NCBI GenBank assembly: GCA_030837225.1
Contig: JAUPKX010000007.1
Coordinates: 65,182 to 129,181 of the forward strand
Length of the DNA stretch: 64,000 nucleotides
Direction: 5' to 3'
DNA from: Patescibacteria group bacterium
GTDB taxonomy: Bacteria > Patescibacteriota > Minisyncoccia > Phycocordibacterales > Phycocordibacteraceae
Part shown: positions 17,263 through 29,583 of the stretch, piece by piece
Position numbering within the stretch: position 1 is the stretch's first letter
Layout: each line of letters opens with the position of its first letter
Notes under the pieces: model-generated
Seen by the model: only the letters and a program-made list of their open reading frames with translations
Databases searched by the model: none
Told to the model about the DNA's origin: nothing
Made by a program: the position numbers and the translations under genes

Positions 17263-18690
17263 TTATAGCGTCTCACCGGTCACGAGCGCACCAATTTTAA
17301 ACAATAGGTCGTCAGCTCCGAGCGGCGCGGTAAAGTGGATACCAGTTGGGAGCAGAACACCGTCGCGCTCAACGTTCCCCATAGGTACTGAAATTGCCGG
17401 CATACCAGTGAGGTTCGCAGTAACGGTAAAAATATCTTCGAGATACATGGACACGGGATCTGACTTCTCGCCGAACTTGAATGCGGGTGAAGGAGTTGTC
17501 GGAAACGCGATAACATCACAGCTCTCAAAAGCAGCATCGTATTCTGCACGCAAAACGCCGCGTGCCTGATCAGCCTTCCGGTAGTAGGCATCGATGTACC
17601 CAGAGGAAAGCACGAATGTGCCAAGCAAAATGCGGCGTTTCGGTTCTTCACCAAAACCTTCTGCGCGTGTCTTAACATAGTCGGCAAGCAGTGAATCTCC
17701 TCGCTCAGCCAGTCCGTACCGGACTCCATCATAGCGCGCAAGGTTTACTGAAGCCTCAGCAGGCTGAATAATGTAATACACCGGCAAGGCAAAGACACTG
17801 GTCGGTAGTGATATGGGAACTACCGTATGGCCAAGAGACTCAAGTGACTTAAGTGTTGCATTCAGATTTTCTTTCACATCCTCATCGATACCGTCCTCAA
17901 GAAGGTGGTGCGGTACACCTATACGGAAGGATTTCGGGATTTCAAAGGCGGGATATGTGCCTGGAGCAAACGTTGTTGCGTCTAGTGGATCCTGACCACG
18001 CACAGCATCGAATAGTATCTTTGCATCTTCGGGCGTCTTAGCTATCTCACCCATCTGGTCTAGCGAGGAACCGAGGGCAATGAGGCCCGAACGAGATACG
18101 GCACCGTATGTGGGCTTGAACCCGACAACCCCGGTATGCGAGGCTGGCTGACGACAGGATCCTCCCGTATCCGTACCATAAGCCCCAAGCACCATATGTG
18201 CAGCAACAGCAACGGCAGATCCTCCTGAAGAACCTCCAGGCACTCGGGTTATGTCATGCGGATTCCTGGAAGGTCCGAAAGCTGAATTCTCCGTGGATGC
18301 TCCCATACCGAATTCATCCATATTTGCGCGTCCTATGAAAAGCGCTCCCTGTTCCTTCAGCTTCTTAACTCCGGTTGCGTCATATGTAGCACGATAATTT
18401 GCGAGTATCTTCGATGCTGCACTCGCAATCCTGCCTTCAATGAGGATGTTGTCCTTCATCGCAAGCGGGATACCGCAAAGGAGCGGTGCCTCCCCGCCAT
18501 CGATGCGCTTCTGCGCGGATTCAATTGCAACATCATCCGCCTCAAAGAGCTCGAGGAATGCATTTAGCTCCGGATTCCTCTCCTTCGCTGCAGTTGCACA
18601 CGCATCCCAAAGCTCGCGGACCGTAAACTCCTTGCTACGCAGGCCACGTGCTGCTTCAGTTATAGAAAGCTCGTTCAAGGACTTAGTCAT
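17263..18690 (-). CDS. gatA: Glu-tRNA(Gln)/Asp-tRNA(Asn) amidotransferase subunit A
   Basis: Amidase signature GGSSGGSAVAVAA, Ser-cisSer-Lys triad context, 475 aa. Confidence 0.95.
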   Translation of the reverse strand: MTKSLNELSITEAARGLRSKEFTVRELWDACATAAKERNPELNAFLELFEADDVAIESAQKRIDGGEAPLLCGIPLAMKDNILIEGRIASAASKILANYRATYDATGVKKLKEQGALFIGRANMDEFGMGASTENSAFGPSRNPHDITRVPGGSSGGSAVAVAAHMVLGAYGTDTGGSCRQPASHTGVVGFKPTYGAVSRSGLIALGSSLDQMGEIAKTPEDAKILFDAVRGQDPLDATTFAPGTYPAFEIPKSFRIGVPHHLLEDGIDEDVKENLNATLKSLESLGHTVVPISLPTSVFALPVYYIIQPAEASVNLARYDGVRYGLAERGDSLLADYVKTRAEGFGEEPKRRILLGTFVLSSGYIDAYYRKADQARGVLRAEYDAAFESCDVIAFPTTPSPAFKFGEKSDPVSMYLEDIFTVTANLTGMPAISVPMGNVERDGVLLPTGIHFTAPLGADDLLFKIGALVTGETL

Positions 18691-18985
18691 GGTTGATGAT
18701 CTTCTTCACTGAAAGACTGTTCCCCTCCTTCGCAGGAAACTGCTCGACAATTCGCTGTGTCCACGTGCCCGACTCATAGGGAGCCTCATCTGCTCGCAGC
18801 ACGTTCCGAACCACAGACAGGTTCCGCCCGCTCTCCGGAAGCGTAAGCTCGTCGAGCTTCCCGACATACGCGAGAATGCTGTCGAATTCAGTCGCGAATC
18901 TTGTAAGATCAGCGTCATCGACATCAACACGGGCAAGCGTCGCTAAGCGCTTCACGTCCTTTGTAGTGGCCTTCATGTCACTCAT
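18683..18985 (-). CDS. gatC: Glu-tRNA(Gln) amidotransferase subunit C
   Basis: About 100 aa helical protein directly upstream of and overlapping gatA. The start was chosen at an internal Met (MSDMK). Confidence 0.8.
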   Translation of the reverse strand: MSDMKATTKDVKRLATLARVDVDDADLTRFATEFDSILAYVGKLDELTLPESGRNLSVVRNVLRADEAPYESGTWTQRIVEQFPAKEGNSLSVKKIINHD

Positions 18986-19001
18986 AATACTAGGCAATCT
19001 A

Positions 19002-21029
<2,028 letters not shown>

Positions 21030-21058
21030 CTACCCTAGCGGACGTCCCGACCCAACCA

Positions 21059-21535
21059 CTAATAGAAGACCTTCAATCCGCGCTCGATACGCCTCGGATC
21101 TGTTGTGCTACAGACGTTATAGCCGCTCGCGTATAGACAGCTTTTGGCCGTCCCCGCATTGCACGTTGCTACGCCTGCACTCTTGTAGACTTTTACGGTC
21201 GCAGAAACGCCACCAGGACATGGAACTGAAAACTCGCTGGTTTGCATGCCAGCGCTAACGCTCGAGGTAACTGCCATGTCGGCTGTTCCACAACGGATAG
21301 TCGAAAGGGGTATACCGTATCCAAATGCATTCTGCTGCTGATCCCAATACAGCGCACATTCCATCGCAGAATCCGCAGCATAAAAGGCGTACTGAGACTG
21401 CCGAGCGGTTGAAGAGAGCGTAACTTGCTTGAGTGCAATATCAAGGAGTGCGAGCCCAACCGAGAGCAATACCGACGTTAAGACAACGGCGATGAGGAGT
21501 GTAAATCCACGTGGTTCGTTTGTGATCATAGCCAA
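21059..21535 (-). CDS. type IV pilin-like minor pilin/pseudopilin (atypical: no Glu at +5)
   Basis: N-terminal prepilin motif PRGFTLLIAVVL with hydrophobic helix; Cys pairs near the C-terminus. Confidence 0.65.
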   Translation of the reverse strand: MAMITNEPRGFTLLIAVVLTSVLLSVGLALLDIALKQVTLSSTARQSQYAFYAADSAMECALYWDQQQNAFGYGIPLSTIRCGTADMAVTSSVSAGMQTSEFSVPCPGGVSATVKVYKSAGVATCNAGTAKSCLYASGYNVCSTTDPRRIERGLKVFY

Positions 21536-22059
21536 TTATGCAGACGCTCTGTAATGGTCACGTTTCGCGTCTGATTCTTTGAAGTCCAGGTAACTATGAC
21601 CGTAAGGGTCATCTCGGTAACACTGCCTGAGACAGGAGTGAGTAACACCGTACGGGTGTATATGGTTGGCGTCGGGACGACTGCAACCTGGGTGTAAAGA
21701 TTCGTGGGACTGAGATAGAGAGGACCGATTGTGCGACTCACTGTATTTTGTGTTGGATCGATAACACAGGTAGCTGATATGCAATTTACTGAACCTCCTG
21801 TCCCATCAAGACCATAGAGCCAAGAGCGCGGAGAACCAGCCCTCAGCACAAAGAGATAGTTGCTATCGCGTATACCACGGACATACTCCACACCTTCCTG
21901 TGCGAGCGAAGACGCAATAAGTTGCTCACGCGCAGTCCTCGATGCGTTTAACGACTGCTGAACGGCATACAAGGGACCTACCATGGCCGTCACAACAACC
22001 GTAATAGCGACGAGGGTCTCAACAAGGGTGAATCCACGCATAGGGGTAGTGTTCATCAT
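21526..22059 (-). CDS. type IV minor pilin/pseudopilin
   Basis: Prepilin cleavage/methylation motif MRGFTLVETLVAI. Confidence 0.8.
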   Translation of the reverse strand: MMNTTPMRGFTLVETLVAITVVVTAMVGPLYAVQQSLNASRTAREQLIASSLAQEGVEYVRGIRDSNYLFVLRAGSPRSWLYGLDGTGGSVNCISATCVIDPTQNTVSRTIGPLYLSPTNLYTQVAVVPTPTIYTRTVLLTPVSGSVTEMTLTVIVTWTSKNQTRNVTITERLHNWL

Positions 22060-22613
22060 AGCTCTATGAGTCTCTGTGTCGCCCCGGTCTGTATTGAGAA
22101 GTCTGTTACCTCACCCGCATCCGTGGTCATGGTACCAGCGATAACAAACGTAACGTTGGGCTGCGTGTCATCGTTGACACCAACGCCGCGGACATAAAAT
22201 CTAAGCGAGGTGATATTGATGCGGCGATCGGTTAAAGAGACCGCATTGTTATCAAGGCACCCTGGCGTACCGGTGCACTGCCCGATACTTCCATCACTCT
22301 TTTGGATGTAGGAGATGATCTGACCCTGGCTGTCGAGGAATGAGATGGTGCCACCACCGCTACTGCAATTTAGCGGATTTCCACCCGCATTGCAGTCGTA
22401 GCTGGTACCCGTGCGCATCGAGCGTGCCATACTCTCAACCGCAAACGAGAGGGATGCAGCAAGCTGATTATTCGCGCGAGCTTGTCTATCAAGGCTTATG
22501 AGCGTCACGTATGCACCCATAACAACGAGCATAACCATGCTGAAGATCCCGAGCGACACAATCATCTCGAGGAGCGAATAGCCACGCTGTGTTAAGGAGG
22601 TACTCATGGACAT
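22056..22613 (-). CDS. type IV minor pilin/pseudopilin
   Basis: Prepilin motif QRGYSLLEMIVSLGIF. Confidence 0.8.
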   Translation of the reverse strand: MSMSTSLTQRGYSLLEMIVSLGIFSMVMLVVMGAYVTLISLDRQARANNQLAASLSFAVESMARSMRTGTSYDCNAGGNPLNCSSGGGTISFLDSQGQIISYIQKSDGSIGQCTGTPGCLDNNAVSLTDRRINITSLRFYVRGVGVNDDTQPNVTFVIAGTMTTDAGEVTDFSIQTGATQRLIEL

Positions 22614-23302
22614 TCTGTCTCACCTTTCTGAACTACGGACACCTGCCCTACTCTCGACACATAAATACACCGTTCATCTACACCGTCTGGCGACGTTACG
22701 CGAATCGTTGCATCCACGAGTGCCGTGCGTGTCCCGCCATTCACACCCGTTATAACAGACTGCGTGTTCGGACGCAGATAGACAATATCGAGCGCATCTA
22801 TCGCACCATTGCAGAGCTGTACACCATTCGATTGCCTGCCACAAAATCCGCTGACACGGAATCCGTTATTAAGGCTATATGTCCGCACAACCTCTGATTC
22901 GAGCGTCTGGATGCAGTCCCCTGGTTTCGCTTCAGGATTTGAGGTGGCAACATTCGGGTGTCCCGGACAAATAGCCGTGTACTGCGTATCGCCTGGCGCT
23001 ATCGGATACGTGTCTGCAAAAAGCTTGTACGACGTGGGAGACAGGTTCGCAAAGTGAATCCCGTAGCCTGCATCCTGAGTGCCCGCAAATGCACGACTTG
23101 AGATACCAAGAGCCTGTGCCTCACGCACCGAGAACGCGATGGTGTAGGCGGTATCCGTAAGAACCATAGAGCGATTGAACGAAGACTGTCCGAGAAGCGC
23201 GATAGTCGTAATGATAACGATAATCGCAAGCACGACCATCATCTCAACGAGCGTAAATCCTCGTACGGGTGTCGTCATAGTGTTAAGAGGAGCGGATTCC
23301 AT
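22604..23302 (-). CDS. type IV minor pilin/pseudopilin
   Basis: Prepilin motif VRGFTLVEMMVVLAIIV. Confidence 0.8.
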   Translation of the reverse strand: MESAPLNTMTTPVRGFTLVEMMVVLAIIVIITTIALLGQSSFNRSMVLTDTAYTIAFSVREAQALGISSRAFAGTQDAGYGIHFANLSPTSYKLFADTYPIAPGDTQYTAICPGHPNVATSNPEAKPGDCIQTLESEVVRTYSLNNGFRVSGFCGRQSNGVQLCNGAIDALDIVYLRPNTQSVITGVNGGTRTALVDATIRVTSPDGVDERCIYVSRVGQVSVVQKGETECP

Positions 23303-24036
23303 TGTGTGAAATAGGCGAGCACATATCCCGCCGCGAGAAACGGCACGAACGGTACTTCAATGCCCATTCTATGGCCTTTCGGACGCGAGACCAATATCGC
23401 TATGCCGACAACGGCACCAATCCAAAACGAGAAGAGCAGCCCCGCAATAGCGAGTGAGCCTCCTGTTAGCAACGAGAGAGCAAGAGCTACGGGACTGTCG
23501 CCAAGCCCCATAGCGCGCCCTCGTGAAAGGAAGTGCACCATGAAGAACAGAAACCCCATAACCCCTGCAACCAGAAGCGTCTGTCCAAGGTGCATATTCC
23601 CTCCCGACGTGAGCAGTGCATATCCCAAGGAGGACACAATAAGGAGTGTGGACGCGGTGGTTGGTACGACCGTATGGCGAAGATCGTACATAACTATGAA
23701 TGCGAGCACCGCAAACGCAGCGAGAATCATTATGAGAGCCAGCGACAGACCAAGCTTCAAGTACGCGAGCACGAAAAGCGATCCAAGCGTTGCCTCCCCT
23801 ATCGCATAGGCAGCAGGTATTAAAGCGCTACAGGTGCGGCAGCGACCCTTAAAGCACAGCCATGAGAACACTGGCACGAGATCAAGCGCGCTAAGCTCCC
23901 GGCTACAGGAATTGCATGCAGAGCGCCCTTGTATCCAGGATTGCCCGGTATTGAGGCGCTCAGCGATAACCGCCATGAAACTTGCCACAATCGCACCAAG
24001 AAAGAAGAAACTTATGAAGATCAAGGGAGTGGGCAT
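23275..24036 (-). CDS. pilD: prepilin peptidase (A24 family)
   Basis: Tetracysteine N-terminal zinc site (CNSC...CRTC), catalytic Asp motifs (MYDLRH, MGLGD), polytopic. The start was chosen at Met-25 of the ORF (MPTPLIF). Confidence 0.85.
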   Translation of the reverse strand: MPTPLIFISFFFLGAIVASFMAVIAERLNTGQSWIQGRSACNSCSRELSALDLVPVFSWLCFKGRCRTCSALIPAAYAIGEATLGSLFVLAYLKLGLSLALIMILAAFAVLAFIVMYDLRHTVVPTTASTLLIVSSLGYALLTSGGNMHLGQTLLVAGVMGFLFFMVHFLSRGRAMGLGDSPVALALSLLTGGSLAIAGLLFSFWIGAVVGIAILVSRPKGHRMGIEVPFVPFLAAGYVLAYFTQWNPLLLTL

Positions 24037-24117
24037 GTCGTTTCGTTTAAAAAGTATAGCACCGGCTAAAAGCGAAAAGCCCTCGATCGCTCGAGGACTT
24101 TTCGACAATTGGCTTGA

Positions 24118-24609
24118 TTACGAAGCCGGGCAAACAACTGCATCTGCAGCGAGTGCTGTGCCGTGCGCACGCTTTGCACCAGTAGAGTCGATGCACCAGA
24201 ACGCGGTACCACCGGTTCCACCAGGAAGCGGAGACGAGATAGCCCATGCACCGCTTGCGCCAGTATTTACGTTGCAGCGCATTTCTCCTGTCGCTGAACC
24301 GTTCACTGCCTCTGCTGCAGCGATAGCCTGTACTGTAGTGGTGTCCCACATAGTGCCAGCGTCTACTACGGTTGGGCAAGCATTGTTGGAGATTTCTACG
24401 TCAGAGTAGAGACCGTTGGTGTCGTAGTTAAGCTCCGACTGAACTGAAACGGTAGCCATGTTGGCCTTTACCGATGCTGCGTTTCCACGTGTACGCGCCG
24501 TGTTAAGAGACGCGAGCACAACGGAGGAGAGGATACCGATGATGGCGATCACGACGAGAAGCTCGATGAGCGTGAAGCCGCGATCTGCTTTGATATGTCC
24601 GAGAGTCAT
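24118..24609 (-). CDS. pilA: major type IV pilin (PilA-like)
   Basis: Classic DRGFTLIELLVVIAIIGIL N-terminus; C-terminal Cys pair. Confidence 0.85.
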   Translation of the reverse strand: MTLGHIKADRGFTLIELLVVIAIIGILSSVVLASLNTARTRGNAASVKANMATVSVQSELNYDTNGLYSDVEISNNACPTVVDAGTMWDTTTVQAIAAAEAVNGSATGEMRCNVNTGASGAWAISSPLPGGTGGTAFWCIDSTGAKRAHGTALAADAVVCPAS

Positions 24610-24717
24610 AATGTCTATAAATGTGTTTAATGCGCAGAATGGGTAAATATCCGCTTACTTGTATTGTACGCCACCCCCCTTCCACATCCGCCCCTAATGT
24701 GGATAACCGGTATATGC

Positions 24718-25926
24718 CTAGGAAATGGAACCAGCCATGTTGTAGATAGGAATAAGTACAGACGCAAGGAGTGTACCGACACCGAGACCAAGGAGCACGA
24801 TCATCATAGGCTCAATAAGGTCAACGAGCGTATCAACGGCAGTCGTCACCTCACGCTGGTAGAACTTAGCCAAAGTCGTAAGAATGTTGCCGAGCTCTCC
24901 CGTTTCCTCACCCACACGCACCATGGCGGTCATAATACCGGGAATCTCCGCGTGCTTTGAGAGCGCATCAGAGATTGAAGCACCGCCCTTTACATCCTCT
25001 CCAACGTCATTCAAAAGCCTCTCATACGTCGGACTGCCGACCACAGAGGCGGTAATCTCAACTGCCTCAACAACTGGCACACCCGAGACGAACATGGTCG
25101 CAAAGTTGTCTGCAATACGCGAGAGGTACAGCTTGCTGTAAAGATCACCTACATACGGCACCTCGAGCTTTAGCTTGTCGAAGAACAAGCGCCCAGGACC
25201 CGTCTGGAGCGAGCGCCAGGCAAAGAACGCACCAACACCCATGGCAATGAGGAAGAGGAATCCATAACGGACGAGGAAATCAGACACGCTAATAACAATC
25301 TGTGTGTACAGCGGTATGTCTTGTCCCGAATCCTTAAGAATGCCCGCGATACGCGGGATAACCATAGTAAGCATCAGCGCCATCACGATGAAGAACACAC
25401 CGATGACGAATGCCGGATAGATGAGCGCATTCTGCGCCTTGTTCATTACCTCGTACGTGCGGTCGAGATAGTCTGCGAGGTACCCGAAGGTTTCGGAGAG
25501 GCGTCCCGACTCCTCACCAGACCTAACCATGTTCACGTAGAAGCCCGAAAATACCTTCGGGTGACGCGAGAGAGCCTTTGATATTGGGCTTCCTCCCTGC
25601 AAATCATCCGCAATCTGCGTCATGATCTCAGCGAGATACTTGTTATCGACCTCTGCAGCAAGAAGACGGAAGATACGGAGCGCAGAAACCTGCGCCTCGA
25701 ACAAGGTCGCAATCTGCCGCGAGAGAATCACCACCTCTTTGTTCGACACCTTCTTGAAGAAGCCTATCTCAATGTTAAGTCCGGTACTCTTTGCAATCGG
25801 TTCTATGGACGAAACAATGAGACCACGACGCTGAAGCGTTGAAACAGCAACGTCCACGGAGAGCGCCTCTACGGTTCCCGCTCGTTCGTGTCCGTCCTTA
25901 TCGAGTGCGTGGTACGAGAAAAGCAT
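24718..25926 (-). CDS. pilC: type IV pilus assembly platform protein (GspF/PilC family)
   Basis: Duplicated T2SS-F domains, 3 TM segments, 402 aa. Confidence 0.9.
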   Translation of the reverse strand: MLFSYHALDKDGHERAGTVEALSVDVAVSTLQRRGLIVSSIEPIAKSTGLNIEIGFFKKVSNKEVVILSRQIATLFEAQVSALRIFRLLAAEVDNKYLAEIMTQIADDLQGGSPISKALSRHPKVFSGFYVNMVRSGEESGRLSETFGYLADYLDRTYEVMNKAQNALIYPAFVIGVFFIVMALMLTMVIPRIAGILKDSGQDIPLYTQIVISVSDFLVRYGFLFLIAMGVGAFFAWRSLQTGPGRLFFDKLKLEVPYVGDLYSKLYLSRIADNFATMFVSGVPVVEAVEITASVVGSPTYERLLNDVGEDVKGGASISDALSKHAEIPGIMTAMVRVGEETGELGNILTTLAKFYQREVTTAVDTLVDLIEPMMIVLLGLGVGTLLASVLIPIYNMAGSIS

Positions 25927-25932
25927 AGGAAA

Positions 25933-27000
25933 CTACAGATAACGCTCGAAGGTCTTTGGATCATTAGCGCGTTCGTACGCGTGCTCAATCGTTACCTCGC
26001 CACGTCGCACAAGTTCCGCTAGTGAACGGTCCATGTCGATCATACCCTCCTGACTTGAGGTCTGGATAACCGTCGTGATCTCGTGGGTGCGTCCCTCGCG
26101 AATGAGGTTTGAGACGGCGCTGTTGTTAATCAACAGTTCGTACGCAGGAAGCTGCCCGCCCGCAATGCGTGGAATAAGACGCTGCGAGAAGATACCCGCA
26201 AGTGATCCCGCAAGCTGGACTCGCACCTGATCCTGCTGATTTGGCGGGAACATGTCGATAATACGGTCGATGGTCTGCGCAGCGTTATTCGTGTGGAGCG
26301 TCGAGAGGACAAGGTGACCAGTCTCAGCTGCAGTCACCGCGGAAGAAATAGTCTCCTGATTACGCATCTCTCCCACCATGATTACGTTCACGTCCTCACG
26401 GAACGCGGAGTTAAGTGCGGAGTGGAAGTCAGGAGTATCAATATGAACCTCGCGTTGATGGATCAAGGACTTCTTCTGCTCGAAGATGTACTCCACAGGG
26501 TCCTCGATCGTCACAATATGCTCAGCACGCGTCTCATTAATGCGATCGATGATGGTAGCGAGCGTCGTCGACTTACCCTGCCCCACGGGACCAACCACCA
26601 AGAAGAATCCCTGCGAGCGCTGGCTGAACACCTCAAGAATAGGCGGAAGGTTCAAAGACTCGAACGTGCGAATCTCATGCGGAATGAGACGCATCGCAAT
26701 TGCCGCTGCGCCCTGAACGGTATATCCGTTCACACGGAAGCGTGCCTTAGTGGTATGGGCGTATGAGAAATCGATCGCTTGCTCGGAAGCGAATCGTTCA
26801 AAACGATGACTTGGCGCAATACTCTTAAGGTACGCAATGGTCATCTCGGGGGTCAACACCGGGTGCTGCAAAAGAGGCACCAAGGAACCCGAGATACGAA
26901 GAATGGGGTTATTCCCCGCAGAGAGATGCAGGTCTGACGCCCCTTCGGCCACAACCGTGTCGAAGAGCGCCTTGAGTGAAGCATCTACTGCTTCGTTCAT
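25933..27000 (-). CDS. pilT: twitching-motility retraction ATPase PilT
   Basis: Walker A GPVGQGKSTTLA, Asp box, His box, 355 aa, no N-terminal T2SE_Nter domain. Confidence 0.9.
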   Translation of the reverse strand: MNEAVDASLKALFDTVVAEGASDLHLSAGNNPILRISGSLVPLLQHPVLTPEMTIAYLKSIAPSHRFERFASEQAIDFSYAHTTKARFRVNGYTVQGAAAIAMRLIPHEIRTFESLNLPPILEVFSQRSQGFFLVVGPVGQGKSTTLATIIDRINETRAEHIVTIEDPVEYIFEQKKSLIHQREVHIDTPDFHSALNSAFREDVNVIMVGEMRNQETISSAVTAAETGHLVLSTLHTNNAAQTIDRIIDMFPPNQQDQVRVQLAGSLAGIFSQRLIPRIAGGQLPAYELLINNSAVSNLIREGRTHEITTVIQTSSQEGMIDMDRSLAELVRRGEVTIEHAYERANDPKTFERYL

Positions 27001-27386
27001 GCTTTCGCTTCGATTATCTTCATAGTCTCCGAGAATACTTCAGACGGAATCGCTGACGCCTTGATGATGTACCCGTCCGCACCGAGCTCGCGGGCCTTTG
27101 CGATATCTGATTCCTGTCCCTGATTTGAAAGAACGATAACCTTTGCGGTTTCTGCAAGATTTTCGCGCTTTATTACTTCGAGGATCTCGAAGCCTGTCAT
27201 GCCTGGCATAACGATATCGAGGAGGAGTCCATCAGGAGCCGGCTCCTTGCGAAGCGCTTCGAGCACCTCTTCGCCGCTCGAGAAAGCAGTTACGGTGTGC
27301 CCTGCCGCTTTGAACTTAACGGCATACATGTCGAGAAGAAATCGGTCATCATCGACGAGATAGAGACGATAGGGGGAAGTGGGCAT
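26997..27386 (-). CDS. stand-alone response-regulator receiver domain (CheY-like)
   Basis: LYLVDDD ... phospho-acceptor Asp (LLLDIVMPGMTG) ... conserved Lys (IIKAS). Confidence 0.85.
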   Translation of the reverse strand: MPTSPYRLYLVDDDRFLLDMYAVKFKAAGHTVTAFSSGEEVLEALRKEPAPDGLLLDIVMPGMTGFEILEVIKRENLAETAKVIVLSNQGQESDIAKARELGADGYIIKASAIPSEVFSETMKIIEAKA

Positions 27387-27392
27387 AGGGAT

Positions 27393-29144
27393 CTATTTAG
27401 ACGGATTCTCTTCTTCAAGGATAACCTGGCCGCCAAGCGCGTTCACTTCCTCAAAAGGAATCTGTCCTGCTAACGCTTTAATGATAGCATCCTCACGCAT
27501 CGTGAACATGCCCTTCTGGCGAGCGGCCGCATACACTGCCTCCTCCGTTGGAGCCGTAAGAACCACATGCTCGAGCTCCTTATCCATACGCAGGAACTCG
27601 AACACCGCAAGGCGTCCTCGGGTACCATTCGGACAGTCTGCTGTTGGTTCTGCGCGATAGAATTTGTCGAACGTCGGGAGGTGCTGCCGATACTCCTCAG
27701 GAAGGTCCGAAAACTCCCGTGTCAAAAGACCCTGCATACTCTCGGAGAGCGGAAACGGCTTCCCTGCACCCGGGCAAAGCTTACGCACGAGACGCTGCCC
27801 GATAGCCGCAATCAAGGTTGGTGCAATCAAATACGGATCGACACCCATATCAACCAAGCGCGGAATAACACCCGCCGCGGTGTTGGTGTGAATGGTTGAG
27901 AACACGAGGTGTCCCGTAAGCGCCGCCTGAATTGCAAGCTGCGCGGTCTCCTTGTCGCGAATCTCTCCGACCATGATGATGTCTGGGTCCTGGCGAAGGA
28001 TCGAGCGAAGACCTGAGGCAAAGGTGTAGCCAATCTCTGGACGCACCTGGGACTGTGCAACACCTTCAATCTCATACTCAACCGGATCCTCAACCGACAC
28101 CACGTTTGCCGACTCGCGGTCGAGCTCGGTAAGCATCGAGAACAACGTCGTCGACTTACCCGAACCAGTTGGTCCCGCAATGAGGATAATGCCGTAGGGC
28201 TGCTTGATGATTTCTCGTACTTGCGCCAAGTCCGCTTCGGAGAGACCGATAGTCTCAAGTGTCGCAACTGATTTTGCACTATCCAAAATACGCATCACCA
28301 CCTTCTCCCCTCCTTGTGTTGGGAACGTTGAAACACGGAAGTCGATACGACGTCCCTCCACAGTCGCGGAGAAACGTCCGTCCTGCGGCTTTCGTTTCTC
28401 GTCGAGGCGCATCTGCGAAAGGATCTTGATACGCGCCACAACCGCCGGATGCACCTTTGCAGGAAGCTCGAGCGATGTGTGGAGCTCGCCGTCCATACGG
28501 AAACGCACCCGGGTCTTTTCAGGTGTTGGCTCAACGTGAATGTCGGATGCTCCACCCTCAACTGCATACCGCAGTATTGTTGCAACGATCTTGGTAACCG
28601 GTGCGTCTGCCTTGATATTGGTATCGACGGATTCTTCTGTCGCCGGCTTTCCTTTCGCTTCGTCAGTTGGCGCAGCAGCAGTCCCTTCAATTTCAGAGAG
28701 CGCTTCGTCAACTTCTCCCGAGAGATTCTCGTATTCCTTGAGCACCTTATCGAAATCGTTCCGCGAAATAATAAACAACTTATAGGGCATGCCAACCCTC
28801 GACGAAATGAACTGGAGTGCATCGAGTGCTTCGATGTTGTCTGGGTCGAGGATACCAACCGCTAGCGCACCGTCTACAACCTCTATCGGCACGAACTCAT
28901 AATGCCGCGCAGACTCTTCCGGGATATAGGAGAGTGCCTTTTGGTCCTTGAGCTCATTCGGGAGCGCACGGTACGGGATGCCGTACTTCTCAGAGACAAC
29001 GGCATAGGCTTTCTCCAAGGAAACACCTTTCTTCTCTAGAAAGGTATCAATGGGAAAGCCGGTACTACGTGCTTCATCCTCAACGCTTTGAGCGTCCTCT
29101 GGAGAGAGTATTCCTTTTTCCTTCAGAAGGGCGACGAGGTTCAT
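27393..29144 (-). CDS. pilB: type IV pilus assembly ATPase PilB (GspE family)
   Basis: N-terminal T2SE_Nter domain, Walker A GPTGSGKSTTL, tetracysteine-less variant, 583 aa. Confidence 0.9.
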   Translation of the reverse strand: MNLVALLKEKGILSPEDAQSVEDEARSTGFPIDTFLEKKGVSLEKAYAVVSEKYGIPYRALPNELKDQKALSYIPEESARHYEFVPIEVVDGALAVGILDPDNIEALDALQFISSRVGMPYKLFIISRNDFDKVLKEYENLSGEVDEALSEIEGTAAAPTDEAKGKPATEESVDTNIKADAPVTKIVATILRYAVEGGASDIHVEPTPEKTRVRFRMDGELHTSLELPAKVHPAVVARIKILSQMRLDEKRKPQDGRFSATVEGRRIDFRVSTFPTQGGEKVVMRILDSAKSVATLETIGLSEADLAQVREIIKQPYGIILIAGPTGSGKSTTLFSMLTELDRESANVVSVEDPVEYEIEGVAQSQVRPEIGYTFASGLRSILRQDPDIIMVGEIRDKETAQLAIQAALTGHLVFSTIHTNTAAGVIPRLVDMGVDPYLIAPTLIAAIGQRLVRKLCPGAGKPFPLSESMQGLLTREFSDLPEEYRQHLPTFDKFYRAEPTADCPNGTRGRLAVFEFLRMDKELEHVVLTAPTEEAVYAAARQKGMFTMREDAIIKALAGQIPFEEVNALGGQVILEEENPSK

Positions 29145-29260
29145 CCCGAGTGGTGAGGCAAGGCCCCTTACATTATGAAACAGCCAATAATACGCAAAGC
29201 CGAGAACACTATCTGAAGTGTACTACGACATCCCACTCTCTACGCGCACGCACTGGGGAA

Positions 29261-29572
29261 TTACTGTTCTTTCTTAACGCCTGCCAAGGGCGCAAACGGA
29301 TCAGTACGTCCCGTAGCCTCTGGTAGGATTGCGGTCTTTATGTCCACAAGCGCCACAAAACGCGGGTCCTCGAGTATGCTCGCATTGAACGCGATTGGCT
29401 GGAGCTGTGCCGCTAACGTAAGGAATGTTGCCTGCGCCTGTCCCGTAGGCCCAAAGCTATCAATAGAAACATTCTCAACAGGCTCGGGCTTAAGCCAAAC
29501 GAAATACACCACAACACCAAGTACCACAATTGCGGCGGCGATGAGCATGGTTTTTTTCTTTGTGAGTGCCAT
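29261..29572 (-). CDS. small membrane-anchored pilus assembly accessory protein (PilP-like?)
   Basis: Single N-terminal TM segment. Position downstream of pilO within the pilMNO cluster. Confidence 0.4.
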   Translation of the reverse strand: MALTKKKTMLIAAAIVVLGVVVYFVWLKPEPVENVSIDSFGPTGQAQATFLTLAAQLQPIAFNASILEDPRFVALVDIKTAILPEATGRTDPFAPLAGVKKEQ

Positions 29573-29583
29573 AGAAAGAATCG

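Noticed and set aside
27567-28865. Several ORFs of 110 to 187 aa on both strands within pilB
   Set aside because: They are shadow frames of the pilB gene; their translations are Arg/Ser-rich with low complexity.
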